This document shows positions 38,051-55,760 of a stretch of 64,000 nucleotides of DNA, piece after piece. The translations under genes were made by a program, and so were the position numbers. Source of the stretch: the human T2T-CHM13v2.0 reference genome, Homo sapiens; the NCBI RefSeq assembly GCF_009914755.1, contig NC_060935.1. One strand, 5' to 3'. Position 1 is the first letter of the stretch, and the number at the start of each line of letters is the position of its first letter. Under the pieces are notes generated by a model. It did no database searches. It saw nothing but the letters and a program-made list of their open reading frames with translations, and had not been told where the DNA came from.

Positions 38051-40294
38051 ATTCTCTTTTAACTGTCACTTAGAAAAATCACCATGATGGTTTTTATTCT
38101 AGCATATGCCTTAGTGACCATAAATTCACTCATTTTTTCTAAGGCCCAGAATGCCCCACTGTTTTATTTGGTTTGCTTTGCACTTTAGTTCAGGTGTGGC
38201 TAACTCAAGGGACTTAAACTAATTATGAAGAATAAGCCAGCCCTGTTGCTTGTACTTCCAATGGCTTTTCTCTTAGTAAGATAGTAAATTATCATGTATG
38301 TCTATACCTTATTAGCAAAGCTAAAGAATGCAACTGTTTTCCTTCTTTAGAAAAAAGAAACTCAGTACAAAATCACCTTCTCTAGACAAAGCCACTTAAA
38401 TAGGAATCAGTTCTCTTCATTACAGATAATCAATATAATGGCCATTGAGAATTACATGCTTTAAAAAAAGCCATTTATTAGTCTTTGTGTAGGCTAGGGT
38501 TGTTTTATAAACACTAAAACATAGGCAAACAGTTGTTAATGTTTTATTATAGATAAATGACATTTGTTAATCGTGTTAATGATCATAGTGGCTAACATTA
38601 TTTATTGAATGGTTATTGTATCTAAGCATTAGGCTTTTGAAATGCTTTCCATATTTTATTTGAATTTCATAAAAACCCTATATACTAGATCTCTTTTGAT
38701 CTCCATTTTACTGATGAAGAAATTAAATTTTACAAAGATTGAATTCCTTTAAATACCCTGCTAGTAAATTTAATGCAAGGCCTAATTTGGTTTAACTCTT
38801 CAGCCCATCTTTTGAAACACATCACTGAATTAGCTCTAAGTAAATAAATCTTTTCATATAGCAAAATATCGTTCTACAACTATGTAATTATGTTTCTGAA
38901 TAATATTTAAAGGCATGAGAAAATGTCCATAGCACAAGAGTAAGGGTGTATGACACATATCAAGGAAATGTATATATACATTTAGGAAAATACTTCAAGG
39001 AAATACATTGAAACATTCACATTTTTCACTAAATGGTTGAATTATATGTGTACTCTTGTGTTCTGCTCAAAACATCTCTGTTTTCATATTTTCTATAATA
39101 ACTATAGTTAGAAGGATAATTACGTATTAATAATTAAAATAGAATCTATTAATGTAGTAGGATTATAAGGAAATACATCAAAATAATGAGAAGGTTTTAT
39201 TTAGGCAACAGACTATGAAAATGCAAAAATATAATTCTTTTGCTTATAATTTTGACAGGCTCATCATAGAAAATATTTTAAAAATTGAAATGGCTGAGTT
39301 ACCATACAAGATCCTTTGTAGTCTAGCCCCTGGCTACCTTTCCAGAATTAATTCTTAAAACTCTCTGTAAGATAAATTCTACTTCCTGATTTTACCATAT
39401 CACTTGAAGGTACTATACTCTTTCACAAGTCAATGCCTATATATGTGATTCCATTTGCCTGCAATCACAAAACTATAATGTTTTTGAGAGCAAAGGTCAT
39501 ATCATCTTAACTCTGGCATCCAATTTTCCTAACACAGTACTTACAATACAGTAAGCCTTTTAAAATGTATATTTGTAGAGCAAATACGTGATCTTCTTTC
39601 ACCTATTCCTCCCTCTATTTTCAGTTTAACAAAGTGATTAGATGATCCAGGCTTTAGAGACAGTGGAATTAAAAGAGTGGTGTATAACATTCACATTTAC
39701 TCTATGCTTTCTGTTTCAAAGTTTTACAGTGCAAATGTATTCATATATTACTTATATAATTTAAAATCAAAAGAGGAGGAAACATATTTTATTAAAATGT
39801 TCTCTACAGAAAAGTTGAGATATTATTATTAGGCATTGTCATCTTTTAATCCTTTGTTCAAAGACTGCCTCTTTTCTAAAGCCTCCCTGAATTCCTCATA
39901 GGCTCAGTTCACTTCTCTATCTTCCTAGTTTCCATTTTGATTTTGCTTCTATACCTACACATTCTGCATGAAATTTTTCTATAATTTTCTATAATGTGAG
40001 TGAAAGCACAGAGTCTAAATCACCTTTATAGACTAAAGGCTTAACTCATAGTATATATTGGCTAACAACTGAACATGCACGTGGAATCCTTTCTCAAATA
40101 AGTCACAGATTCTGTAAAAGACTTCACTGAGAAATTGACTTTTGATTAAATGTTTGTTTTGTCTTCTCCTTGTTATTCTCAGTGAAGCATGTTTGGCCAC
40201 CCTATCTAAAATTGCCTCATGCTATCCCTTGTCAAACACTATTCCCCTTCCCTCTTATATTTTTCTCCTTAGCATTTATTATCATCTGACATAC

Positions 40295-41292
40295 TTTTTT
40301 TTTTTAACTTTAGTTTAAGTTCAGGGGTACAAGTGCAGGTTTGTTACATAAACTTGTGTCGTGGGGATTTGTTGTATAGATTATTTCATCACCCAGATAT
40401 TAAGCCTGATACCCATTAGTTATTTTTACTAACCCTCTACCTCCTTTTACCCTCCACCCTCTGAAACACCCAGTGTATGTTGTTCCCTTCCCTGTGTCCC
40501 TGTATTCTCATCGTTTAGCTCCCATTTATAAGTGAGAACATGCAGTGTTTGGTTTTCTGTTCCTGTGTCTGCTGAGGATAATGGCCTCCAGCTCCACCCA
40601 TGTCCCTGCAAAGGACACAGTCTCATCCTTTTTTATGGCTGGATATAATTACATGGTGTATATGTATCACATTTTCTTCATCCAGTCTATCATGATGGGC
40701 ATTTAGGTTGATTCCATGTCTTTTCTATTGCTAATAGGGCTGCAATGAACACACATGTGCATGTGTCTTTATAACAGAATAATTTACATATTTTGGGGTA
40801 TATACCCAGTAATGGGATTGCTGCATCAAATGGCATTTCTGTCTTTAGGTCTTTGAGGAATTGCCACACTGAGTTCCACAAGGGCTGAACTAATAATTTA
40901 CACTCCCACCAACAGTGTATAAGGGTTCCCTTTTCTCCCAAACCTCATCAACATCTATTGGCTCTTGACTTTAATAATAACCATTCTGACTGGCATGAGA
41001 TGGTATCTCATTGTGGTTTTGATTTGCATTTCTCTAATGATCAGTGATGTTGGGCATTTTATCATATAATTGTTGGCTGCATGCATGTCTTCTTTTGAAA
41101 AATGCCTGTTCATGTCCTTTGCCCACTTTTTAATAGGGCTGTTTGTCTTTTCCTTGTACATTTGTTTAGGTTCCTTATAGATACTGGGTATTAGACCTTT
41201 GTCAGATACATAGTTTGCAAAAATGTTCTCCCATTCTGTAGCTTGTCTGTTTACTCTGTTAATAGTGTCTTTTGTTTTGTAGAAACTCTTTA
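40295..41292 (-). mobile_element. 5'-truncated older primate L1 (L1PA13-like), about 1 kb, nested in a plus-strand L2 end
   Basis: Poly-T then aagttcaggggtacaagtgcagg...cacccagatattaagcc; ORF2 C-terminal peptides HCWWECKL / [14 protein letters not shown] in ORF track; L2 motifs on both sides. Confidence 0.9.
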
Positions 41293-42025
41293 TTGCTTGA
41301 CTCTCTTCCCTAAAATATAAAAGTCCCGTGAAGACAGAACCTGGCATTTAGGAGGTATCCAATTGATAGTTGTTGAACAAATCCATGTCACGTACAAAAT
41401 CACAGAGATATGCATGGAAGACAGGAAAAATGGAAGGTCTCTACTATACACCATCTAAGCCCTTTTTTGAATATTGTTTTGACAATAAATGAGTGGCTGT
41501 GAACTTTTAAGATAATACACTGGAAAAAGCTTTGAGGGGAAAGTGTTTGTTTATACCTATGACTGAGTGCAGATATGTTTTCCCTTGCAGACAATTAAGT
41601 GAAGGTGGAAGTAAGCATCATTTTATTACATATAAATAATCTGCTAAGAGGCCACTCTCAGCCTCTGGTACAAGGTAACTTGAGATAGGAGTTGCCTGCG
41701 AGCCAGCCTTTTACCTTAAAATCCTGTTCAGGATCCTGCCATTCATACCAACTGGGTGAATAAGGCTATGAAGTTTCACCCCACAAATCATAGTCAAAAC
41801 AGTTTTAGCTGAAAACACTCAATGCAGAAAAAAACAGCTACTGGCCACTTTTTTTTCTCTGTAATAGGGAGACATATTCAGCTTATCCAAAATGAACACA
41901 TTTTAGAAAAAGTTAAAAATAATATTGGAGAGCGTCCTTCTGTCTAATCTCCATTAAAATTGTTATGTGCCCTGTGCAAAAGCCATTTATATGGACAGAC
42001 TCACACAGGTTTGCAGGAAAATCAT

Positions 42026-42030
<5 letters not shown>

Positions 42031-42074
<44 letters not shown>
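42031..42074. repeat. (TG)22 microsatellite
   Basis: Perfect run, directly visible. Confidence 0.98.
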
Positions 42075-42075
<1 letters not shown>

Positions 42076-42184
42076 CTGTATTGAATTTATACTGCTTGGC
42101 ACAAAACCAGTCTCTATCAAGAGCAACAAAATCCAGTAAGGTTCACAATATCTCAGATGTGTTTTTTCATAATTTAAAAATAAA

Positions 42185-42445
42185 TACACAGTGGTTAATG
42201 TGGGATAGCCATCACGTAGCATTTCTATATGTGGCTTCAAATCCTGGCTCTACCACTTTACAACTTGTGTGATTTTAAGTACATTCTTTAACCTTCCTGA
42301 AATTTATTCTCCTTAGGTGCAAAAATATGGTAATCACACAACCTTAAAATAGGATTCTTAGGGAGATTACATGAGAGAATACATGTAAAAACATTTAGCA
42401 CCACGATGGTGATACAAAGCACACTCAACAATCGTTGGCTATAAC
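42185..42445 (+). mobile_element. MIR
   Basis: cagtggttaa...ttcaaatcctggctctaccactt...gagattacatgagagaatacatgtaaaaacatttagcac. Confidence 0.75.
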
Positions 42446-43934
42446 AGTGAATATTTTCATCATGAAAAGAGCAACTAATTTTTCTCCTTTCTAGAAATTC
42501 AATCTTTTTTGGTGGGAGTGCAAGGTTGAGAAAGGTCCCTGGAAGAGTTCGCATCTTGTCATTAAAGCCACCCCTGCATCATTGGAAAATTTGAACTAAG
42601 AATGCACTATTTCATATTTTATTGATTCTATTAACTGAAGAATATAGCACTGCAAACTGTACAAAAGTTAGACCACTCTTCTTAATTTCTAATGTTTACC
42701 AAGTATCTGGTGGTTACAAAAACACAGTCTAATATTACAGTTTATAGCATTATCTTTCATAAGTGACTTTAATCATACATGCTTATACTGTTAATATAAA
42801 TGTTAATAATTATTCCAAACAAGAATAAACATCTCCAGATTCATACTGTTACAAATGCACATCCATAACTTGATTTTGTGCCATTTGGGTAAGTCTCCAT
42901 CTTGTCACTGATGGTTGGAAATAAGTGAAAAACATCCTATCTATGAACTCACTTTCAGTAATGAAATTTTTATGCCTCTCAGTAATGAAGTTTTTATGCC
43001 TCCAAGGTGAATATAGATAAGAACATCCTCTTTTACTGAAATCATCAAATATGTGAAAAGAAATTGACAAAGGAAAAGACAGCTTTTGTTCTCCACAGTA
43101 CTGGATGCAAATGTGAAAGACTGTTCACTTTTATGAAGATATACCTCATTACTTCTTAATTTCTTTCCAGAAAAACAGACTGGGGATGTAAGGTGTGACT
43201 AAATGACTAGTGATATCTAATTTTCACAAGCTGAACACATGGCCCGACACTGGGTATTTGGTCAATTCACATTTCTAAATTAATTAGCAAAGCAGTGAGA
43301 AGGAAATATCAAATAATGGAATATTCTCTTGGTTCACATTTGGTCAAAATTTCATTGCCTGGCTGAGAATTACTAACAATTAACACCTGTGCATTTAGCC
43401 TGCAACCATATTTGGCATTATGTTTGGTTTTAGCCTTTATTGGAGGGTGGAATAGCAGAATTATACTGTTAAACCACTCCTCTAAAACTGTGGAAAAATG
43501 AGTTGGTATCACTGTAAGGATGCCCTGATGACCTGGTGTGAAATCTGCCTCCAACCATTTGTAGCTTCTCAGGGAATCTGCTGAGCTTTCTGACACAACT
43601 CCAACCTGCCTCAGGGCCCTTGCTGTGACTGCGTTTTCAACACTTCTCTAAGTGTTGAGCAGAGGGAGAACTCGGAAGTGAGAGGAATTACTTTATGGTA
43701 ACTTTTGTACATTTCAGAAGCCATAACATGCAGAAATCTCAGTGCAGCTGCTCTACTTCCTAGATCTCTCAGATTTGTCCAGGAGGGACTGGCACAATCA
43801 ATCTTTATATACTAAGACAAGGGAGATACCTGGACAAAAAGCTAGACATATACTATTGTTTACTGTATAACAAAATGGTCTGTTTTGTTTGGATTTTCCA
43901 GCAATTCATGGCTATGCTATAATTTCTTTAATAA

Positions 43935-44760
43935 GTAGATTTTCATTTTTAGCATAGTTTTATGTTTATAAAGATAATAATGCAGAAAACACAGATTTCC
44001 CATATACCGCCTCATCCCCAGTTTCCCCTAATGTTAACATCTTGTATTATTGTAGAATAGTTGTTACAATTGATGAATCAATATTGATACATTATTATTG
44101 ACTGAAGTCTATAGTTTACTTTAGGGTTCACTCTGTGTTGTACATGCTATGGCTTTTGACAAATTTATAATGACATGTATCCACCATTATAGCCTCATAC
44201 ACAATAAAATTTCAGGCCCTAAAAATCCCCTGTGCCCTGCCCATTCATCCTTCTTCTCCTGCTCCCTCCTCCCTTGAAACCCGTCAACCACTAATATTTT
44301 TACTGTTTCCATAGTTTTTCTTTATTCAGAATGTCATATATTAAGAATAATACAGTATGTAGTCTTTTCAGATTGGCTTTTTTTTTTTCTCATAGCAATA
44401 TGCTCTCAAGGCTCCTCCATGATTTTTCATAGCTTGATAGCTCATTTCTTTTCATCACTGACTACTATTCTATTGTATGAATGTGCCACAGTTTATACCA
44501 TTCACCCACTGAAGGACATCTTGGTTGCTTCCAAGTTTTGGCAATTATGAATAAATTCATGAATACATATTTATGTGTAGGTTTTTGTGTGGGCATAAGT
44601 TTTCAGCTCAACTGGCAAAATGCAAAGGGGCATGATTGCTTGATAGTATGGTAAGAGTATGTTTTGTTATGTAGGAAACTGTTTGTTCGTTTGTATTCCA
44701 AAGTGGCTATGCCATTTCGAATTCCCACAAGCAATCAATGAGACTTCCTGTTGCTCCATG
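43935..44760 (-). mobile_element. L1MC1/2-like 3' UTR fragment
   Basis: gttacaattgatgaatcaatattgatacattattat...tagggttcactct...ccctaaaaatcccctgtgc...ccactgaaggacatcttggttgcttccaagttttggcaattatgaataaa. Confidence 0.85.
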
Positions 44761-45066
44761 CTTTTTTTCTTGCTTGTCTCTCAAACAAATGGTTGTTACT
44801 ATGGAAGAGGTCATTAAGCTACATGAGTTCTACAAAAGATGTGGGAAACCTCTGAACACTCAAGCAACTAGATAACAACTTTTCACTGTGGAACATTCCT
44901 TCCCCTTATCATTGAGGTTTTAAACAGCAGTGTCAACCTTTGTGTACTCACTCCATCACTCTTCATAGCTCCTAGCATGATCCTTATCTTAGCCAGGCAT
45001 CAGGACCCTTTAACCTCATGCTTACTCTTGTAGCATCACTTCAGGCTCTTTGTTCACTTGGCAGCC

Positions 45067-45249
45067 AGGATGCCCTTTTTATTTATTTATTCTTTACTTC
45101 TTAAATCTTGTTTCATTTTAGATTCAGGGAGTACATGTGCATGTTGCTATATGGGCATATTATGTACTGCTGGGGATTGGGCTTCTATTTGGATATCCAT
45201 TACCTAAATAGTGAACATTATACTCAATAGGTACTGAGAATGCCCTTTT
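45067..45249 (-). mobile_element. Tiny (~160 bp) 5'-truncated L1PA16/L1PB-like 3' end with TSD, nested in a plus-strand L2 (~44930-45830)
   Basis: ttagattcagggagtacatgtgc...atagtgaacattatactcaataggta; TSD ag(g/a)atgccctttt at 45067-45079 and 45237-45249. Confidence 0.8.
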
Positions 45250-47150
45250 AAAAATGAAAATCCAAATTTAAACTCTCTTAGGAGATAGTTCAAATCCTTA
45301 ATATAATCTATGAGGACTTACATGTGCTCGTAGCTACCTATTCCTCCAGATCCATCTTTGACCATTTTCTTTCCTGCTTAGTTTAACTCATCTCTATTGG
45401 CTGCCTTCTCATTCCACATGAGTGTTGTTACTAATCTGCCACTGAGCCTAAGCACATACCATCCCTGATAGTGGAAAGGTATCTTCTTTCTTACCCAATC
45501 TTCACCTGTTAAAATCATATTCTTTCTTCAGGTCTCCTCTGCACTGACCTTTTCTCAGGAGGCCGTCGGTCCCTGCCACTCTGCTTACACTGTGTCCTAA
45601 AGTTACTTGCTTCCCAATACTCCATATACTTACTCCTAACTGTGCCCTCCATGGTGTTATTGCACAGTTCTTAACTTGATATTTATCTTCTTCTCTAGAT
45701 AGTATGTTTTGTGATGGTAGGGTTGCATCTATTTTACTCACTAGTTTATTCTTTGGACCAGTAATAGTGATGGGGCATTGTAATATATTAATAAGTACTT
45801 ACTTACTGCATGAATGGATGGATAATAACAAACGTAGGTGGCTGGCAAGATGGCCAAATACGAACAGCTCCAGTCTGCAGCTCCCAGTGAGATCAATGCA
45901 GGTGGGTGATTTCTGCATTTCCAGCTGAGGTACCTTGCTCTTCTCACTGGGACTGGTTAGACAGTAGGTGCAGCCCATGGAGGGTGAGCTGAAGCAGGGT
46001 GGGGCATCACTTCTTCTGGGAAGTACAAGGGGTTGGGGAACTCCTTCCCCTAGCCAAGGGAGGCTAGGGCTGTGCTGTAAGAAACGGTGGATTCTGGCCC
46101 AGATACTACGCTTTTGACAAAGTCTTCACAACCCGCAGACCAGAGATTCCCTCAGGTGCCTATGCCACCAGGGTTTTGGGTTTCAAGCACAAAACTGGGT
46201 GGCCATTTGGGCAGACAGTGAGCTAGCTGCAGTTTTTATTCATACTCCAGTAATGCCTGGATGCCATGATACAGAACCATTCACTCCCCTGGAAAGGGGG
46301 CTGAAGCCAGGGAGCCAAGTGGATCCCATCCTCATGGAGCCCAGCAAGCTAAGATACACTGGTTTAAAATTCTTGCCACCAGCACAGCAGTCTGAAGTTG
46401 ACCTGGGACACTCAAGTTTGGTGGGGGGAGAGGTGTCCACCATTATCAAGGCTTGAGTAGGTGGTTTTCCCCTCACAGTGTAAACAAAGCCACCAGGAAG
46501 TTTGAACTGGGCAGAGCCCACCACAGCTCAGCAAAGCTGCTGTAGCCAGACTGCCTCTCTAGATTACTCCTCACTGGTCAGGGCATCTCTGAAAGAAAGG
46601 CAGCAGCCCCAGTCAGGGGCTTATAGATCAAACTCTCATCTCCTTGGGACAGAGCACCTGGGCGAAGGGGTGACTGTGGGCGCAGCTTCAGCAGACTTAA
46701 ATGTTCCTGGCTGCCAGCTGTGAATAGAGCAGTGGATCTCCCATTACAGCACTCAAGCTCTGCTAAGGGACAGACTGCCTCCTCAAGTGGGTCCCTGACC
46801 CCCATGCCTCTGGACTGGGAGACACCTCCCATCAGGGATCGACAGACACCTCATACAGGAGAGCTCTAGCTGGCATCTGGTGGGTACCCCTATGGGATGA
46901 GGCTTCCAGAGGAGGAAACAGGCAGCAATTTTTCCTGTTCTGCAGCCTTTGCTGGTAATACCTAGGCAAACAGGGCCTGGAGTGGACCTCCAGCAAACTC
47001 CAGCAGACCTGCAGCAGAGGGGCCTGACTGTTAGAAGGAAAACTAACAAACAGAAAGGAATAGCATCAACATCAACAAAAAGGATGTCCACAAAAAACTC
47101 CATCTGAAGGTCACCAACATCAAAGACCAAAGGTAGATAAATCCACGAAG

Positions 47151-48177
47151 ATGAGAAAAAAACAGTGCAAAAAGGTTGAACATTCCAAGAACCAGACTGC
47201 CTCTTCTCCTCCAAAGGATCACAACTCCTTGCCAGCAAGGAAACAAAACTGGATGGAGAATGAGTTTGATGAACTGACAGAAGTAGGCTTCAGAAAGTGA
47301 GTAGTAACAAACTCCTCTGAGCTAAAGGAGCATGTTCTAACCCAATGTAAAGAAGCTAAGAACCTTGAAAAAAGATGAGAGGAATTGCTGACTAGAATAA
47401 CCAGTTTAGAGAAGAACATAAATGACCTAATGGAGCTGAAAAACACAGCACAAGAACTTCATGAAGCATAGATAAGTATCAATAGTCTAACCAATTAAGC
47501 AGAAGAAAGGATATCAGAGATTGAAGATCAACTTAATGAAATAAAATGTGAAGACAAGATTAGAGAAAAAAGAATGAAAAGGAACGAACAAAGCCTCCAA
47601 GATATATGGGACTAAGTGAAAAGACCAAACCTGTGTTTGATTGGTGTACCTGAAAGTGATGAGGAGAATGAAACCAAGTTGGAAAACACTCTTTAGGATA
47701 TTATCCAGGAGAACTTCTCCAACCTAGGAAGACAGGCCAACATTCAAATTCAGAAAATATACAAAAACACCACAAAGATAATCCTCAGGAAGAGCAATCC
47801 CAAGACACATAATCGTCAGTTTCACCAATGTTGAAATGAAGGAATAAATGTTAAGAGCAGCCAGAGAGAAAGGTCAGATTACCCACAAAGGGAAGCCCAT
47901 CAGACTAACAGTGGATCTCTTGGCAGAAACTCTACAAGTCAGAAGATCATGGGGGCCAATATTCAACATTCTTAAAGAAAATAATTGTCAACCCAGAATT
48001 TCATATCCAGCCAAACTAAACTTCATAAGTGAAGGAGAAATAAAATCCTTTACAGACAAGCAAATGCTGAGAGATGTTGTCATCACCAGGCCTGCCTTAC
48101 AAAAGCTCCTGAAGAAAGCACTAAATATGGCAAGGAAAAACCAGTACTGGCCACTGCAAAAACATGCCAAATTGTAA
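47151..48177 (+). pseudogene. L1 ORF1p remnant (multiple stops/frameshifts)
   Basis: ATG at 47151; MLRAAREKGQITHKGKPIRLT...QPRISYPAKL...TRPALQ in ORF track. Confidence 0.9.
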
Positions 48178-48240
48178 AGACCATCAATACTATGAAGAAA
48201 CTGCATCAACGAATGGGCAAAATAACCAGCTAACATCATA

Positions 48241-52042
<3,802 letters not shown>

Positions 52043-55000
52043 ACAATGAGAACACATGGACACAGGGAGGGGAACACCATACACTGGGGCCTGTCAGGGA
52101 GTCGGGGGCTAGGGGAGGGATAGCATTAGGAGAAATACCTAATGTAGATGATGGGTTGATGGGTGCAACAAACCACCATGGCACGTGTATACCTATGTAA
52201 CAAACCTGCACGTTCTACACATGTATCCCAGAACATAAAGTATAATAAAAAAACATAAATATTACCATTCTGGATAGTAGTTACTATGAATTAAGAGCAA
52301 TTTATTAATGCACTACTGCAAACAGAAACTTCTATTATCCACAAAAAATGCCATTTTTTTAATGGCTCCAGAAAGCTGAGAAAGTCCTTTATGATACACA
52401 CTTATCATATGGACAAGGTTTTCATGACTTCATTCCTGCCCACTTCTCCAGCTTCATAATTCACCACTTCTACTTATACATGAGTCTCTAGTAATGTTAA
52501 ACTGCTTCCTAATACCCACAGGCATCATGCTGTTTTGTAGCTCCATGGCATTGCTTAGTATTATTCTACTGCTTGAAAAGCGCACTCCCATTGCCTGACA
52601 AATCACCTTTGATTCTTTGGATACACCTTAGACCTCACGTCTTTCAAGAAGCCTTCTTTGAACACCAGTGCAGACCAATTATATCTCTATGCCGTCACAT
52701 CACTCTGTGTAGTCCTACATCATGGTGCAAATGTTCAACAAATGTTTAATGGAAGAAAGTGAATCACTTGCCAAGTTCAACCAACATCACTGGAATATTT
52801 TGGTTTATCTTCCTATCACTCTTGAGACTAGGAGTGACATTATTGATGGGATTTTGTTGTTGTTGTTGTTGTTAACTGCAATATCCCCAGTGTATTACAA
52901 GGTGCCTGGCCTGGAGTAGCCACCTGACCTATATTTACAGAAATTAACTGAAAGATCAAGGTAAACCAGTATTAAGATGTGTCAGATTTGCTCAAGAGTA
53001 GTTTACCAAAACAATCACAGCATCCATTTTGTTCATCCTAGATAACCTAATAGTTTATTTAAAATTGTATTTTCTGACTTTCTGAACAGCTATCAGAATT
53101 TATTCCTTTTAGGCTATAAAAAGGGTGTGTTCCAGCTGCAGGCTGAGCTGACCTAAGACCATTGAATCAATGCTCAGTATAAATGATGCCTTGCAAAAAT
53201 GACCACAAAAGTAAGATTTGTCCAGAGTCTCTTGGATTACATTCTAGTGTCCTTTTCACTAATTGAGGTAATAATTATTCATCCAATCCCTCTTTGAAAC
53301 ATCCCTGCCTACCACCAACTTTGACCACTCCTTTCTCTGAGCCCCACTACACACTGTACATGTCTCTATCATAGCACTTAGCAAACTAAACTAAAACCAA
53401 TTGTTGAAACGTAGTCTCCTGTTTGACTGAAAATTCCCTGAATGCAAGATTACTTTATTAATTTCTACACTTCAAGAATCTAATCCAGTGGCTAGCCCAT
53501 GGACATATCAATTAATGTTTTTCGAATGAATGAACCAATGAACCTATGTCCAAAGGAATTAGTTGAGTTGTAGTGTTATTAATAAATGTCATAAATATAT
53601 AAAACAAAAAATTGCAATATTTGAAAACAAGATATAATTAACCTTGACTCTGGGGAAGGAACTGACGTTTGCTGAACTTCTATGATGTGCCACACACTGT
53701 GCTGGGCACGAGGGACTTTGTCAATGTTATCTTGTCACACCTTCACAACAATAATAAATTTGTAAATAAAATCGCCTTATTTTTCAGATGAGGACACTTG
53801 AATTTAGAGAAAAGGATTATAAATTTAAGATAATTCTGATATCAAAGTTTCTTTTCCTGCTGTTCAGAGAATATGACTTAAAGTGAAAAATACTCAGAAT
53901 GAGTGTGAATATATGAAGAAAGAAGATAAAGAGACTTCTGATTAAGGGTTAGTGGAGTGAAAAATACTCTTTACCATGCAAAATTTTATTGGCTCAGATT
54001 ACAAGGTCTCCTTCCATCCACTTGACTGTCCCCTGCCCACCCCTCTGGTTAGATAGAAATCATTCTGCCCTAGAGACTGTGGATGTCCTGTCTTGGCTAT
54101 AGTTTTCCAGGACTGAGTGGCAGGGATAGATGCCTTAAATTAAGACTCTTGCCAAAGAAGACTTTCAAAGCAATGATTTCTTCAGTGCATTTTCCGTTTG
54201 TTTATGAATTTCCTTAGTACTTTTATTATAGCACAATCTATTGATCTTGCTAAATGAATTTCATAGACATGACCCAATAAATCTATTTATCAATATTTAG
54301 TTATAACAGCAAATGGAAAAATTCATTTTCTATAGGATAGAACTCTACCTTGTACTATAACGTGTAGTTTCTCTGAGTATTGATGCATTATTCTCGTCAC
54401 TAGATTAGAAGCTTTTTGAAAGTGGAAACAAATTCAGCTTAGCTTAGCTGCTTATCCCCAGCATCTAAGATAATATCTTGAGTATAACAGCTGCCAATTA
54501 AAAAGAGTCAGTCATTGAATAACTTAAAATATATATCATCCTCTAATCTGTTTGGGAAGGTTCTGGAAATCCTGATAAAAATATACAGGTTGAGATAAGA
54601 AATAATTTTTCCAGTTTATATATATACATGAAATATGAGACTCAGTGAAATCAAATACTTCTCAGACTATGCATTGTGAGGGATGGAACCCACGTTCCGG
54701 ACTCTGAATTATCTCTTTTCAATTTAAGCATGTTGGAGGCTAGGAGTTGTCTTAATATGGCATACCTTGAAAACCCAGCGAATTTTCTATGAGATTTTCT
54801 GTTTTCAGAAATTGCAAGCTATTATTTAAGCTATGGTAGTTTTAGACACATTAACAAGTGAAAATTAAGAAGCCGAAAATAGCAGTCTTTGTGGTTACAT
54901 ATTAAGATTTCTGAGAGTTGACCCACAGGTCTAGACATTTTCTCTGCTTCTTTATGTTATACAATAGCAGATAAACTTCTCGAGAACGTGTAAATTTTAT

Positions 55001-55359
55001 TCTTGTAACTGTTTATTGTCCTAGGGGAGTGCAAGGACATTAATAAACTTTAGAGAAAGGCAGTTGGCATTCATGAAAACAAAATGCAGTAGTGAGAGAA
55101 AAATAGGGAAAAAGAGGGTCTATGACCAATCCCACCCTTACCTTAGAGGTTTCTTGCTGATTCTAGATCACTAGTTTCCTGCTGTCTGCTTGCTTGGCAT
55201 TTCTAAGACCATGAACAGTATTTACCAAAGTATGGCGTAAGGGATGCTGGGAATATACAAGATTATTTTAGGTCACTATTGATGAATATTTTTATTTCAA
55301 TAGTCATGCATTTTTATAATTAACTTATATTTATAAAATTGCTGTTTTTCACTTAGAGG

Positions 55360-55760
55360 TGGAATTCCTGCAATTCAGTAGCAAAAAATTAAATAACCTA
55401 AACAACAGAGGAGCAAATAAACATTTCTCCAAAGAAAGCACACTAATGGCCAATAGGTATATGAAAGGACCCTCCATATCACAAATTACGGAGTGATGCA
55501 AATCAAAACTACAATAAGATATCATCTCACACCTGTTATTATTATGTTTTAAAAAGATAAGTGTTGGCAAAAATGTGGAGAAATTAGACCCCTTGTACAC
55601 TGTTGGGAGGAATGTAAAATGGTACAGTAGCTATGAAAAACAGAAATATCATATAATACAACAATCCTACTTCTGGATATATATCTAAAAGCATTGTAAG
55701 GAAGATCTCAAAGAGACCCACCCTCCCATGTTTTTTGCAACATTATTCACTATAGCCAAT
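55360..55760 (+). mobile_element. Old L1M ORF2 3' fragment
   Basis: acatttctccaaagaa...tgcaaatcaaaactacaataagatatcatctcacacctgtt...acactgttgggaggaatgtaaaatggtacag. Confidence 0.8.

Noticed and set aside
41575-41680. Acceptor ttttcccttgcag plus donors gtaagc/gtaact
   Set aside because: The 84-nt candidate exon has stops in all three frames; chance-level splice motifs.
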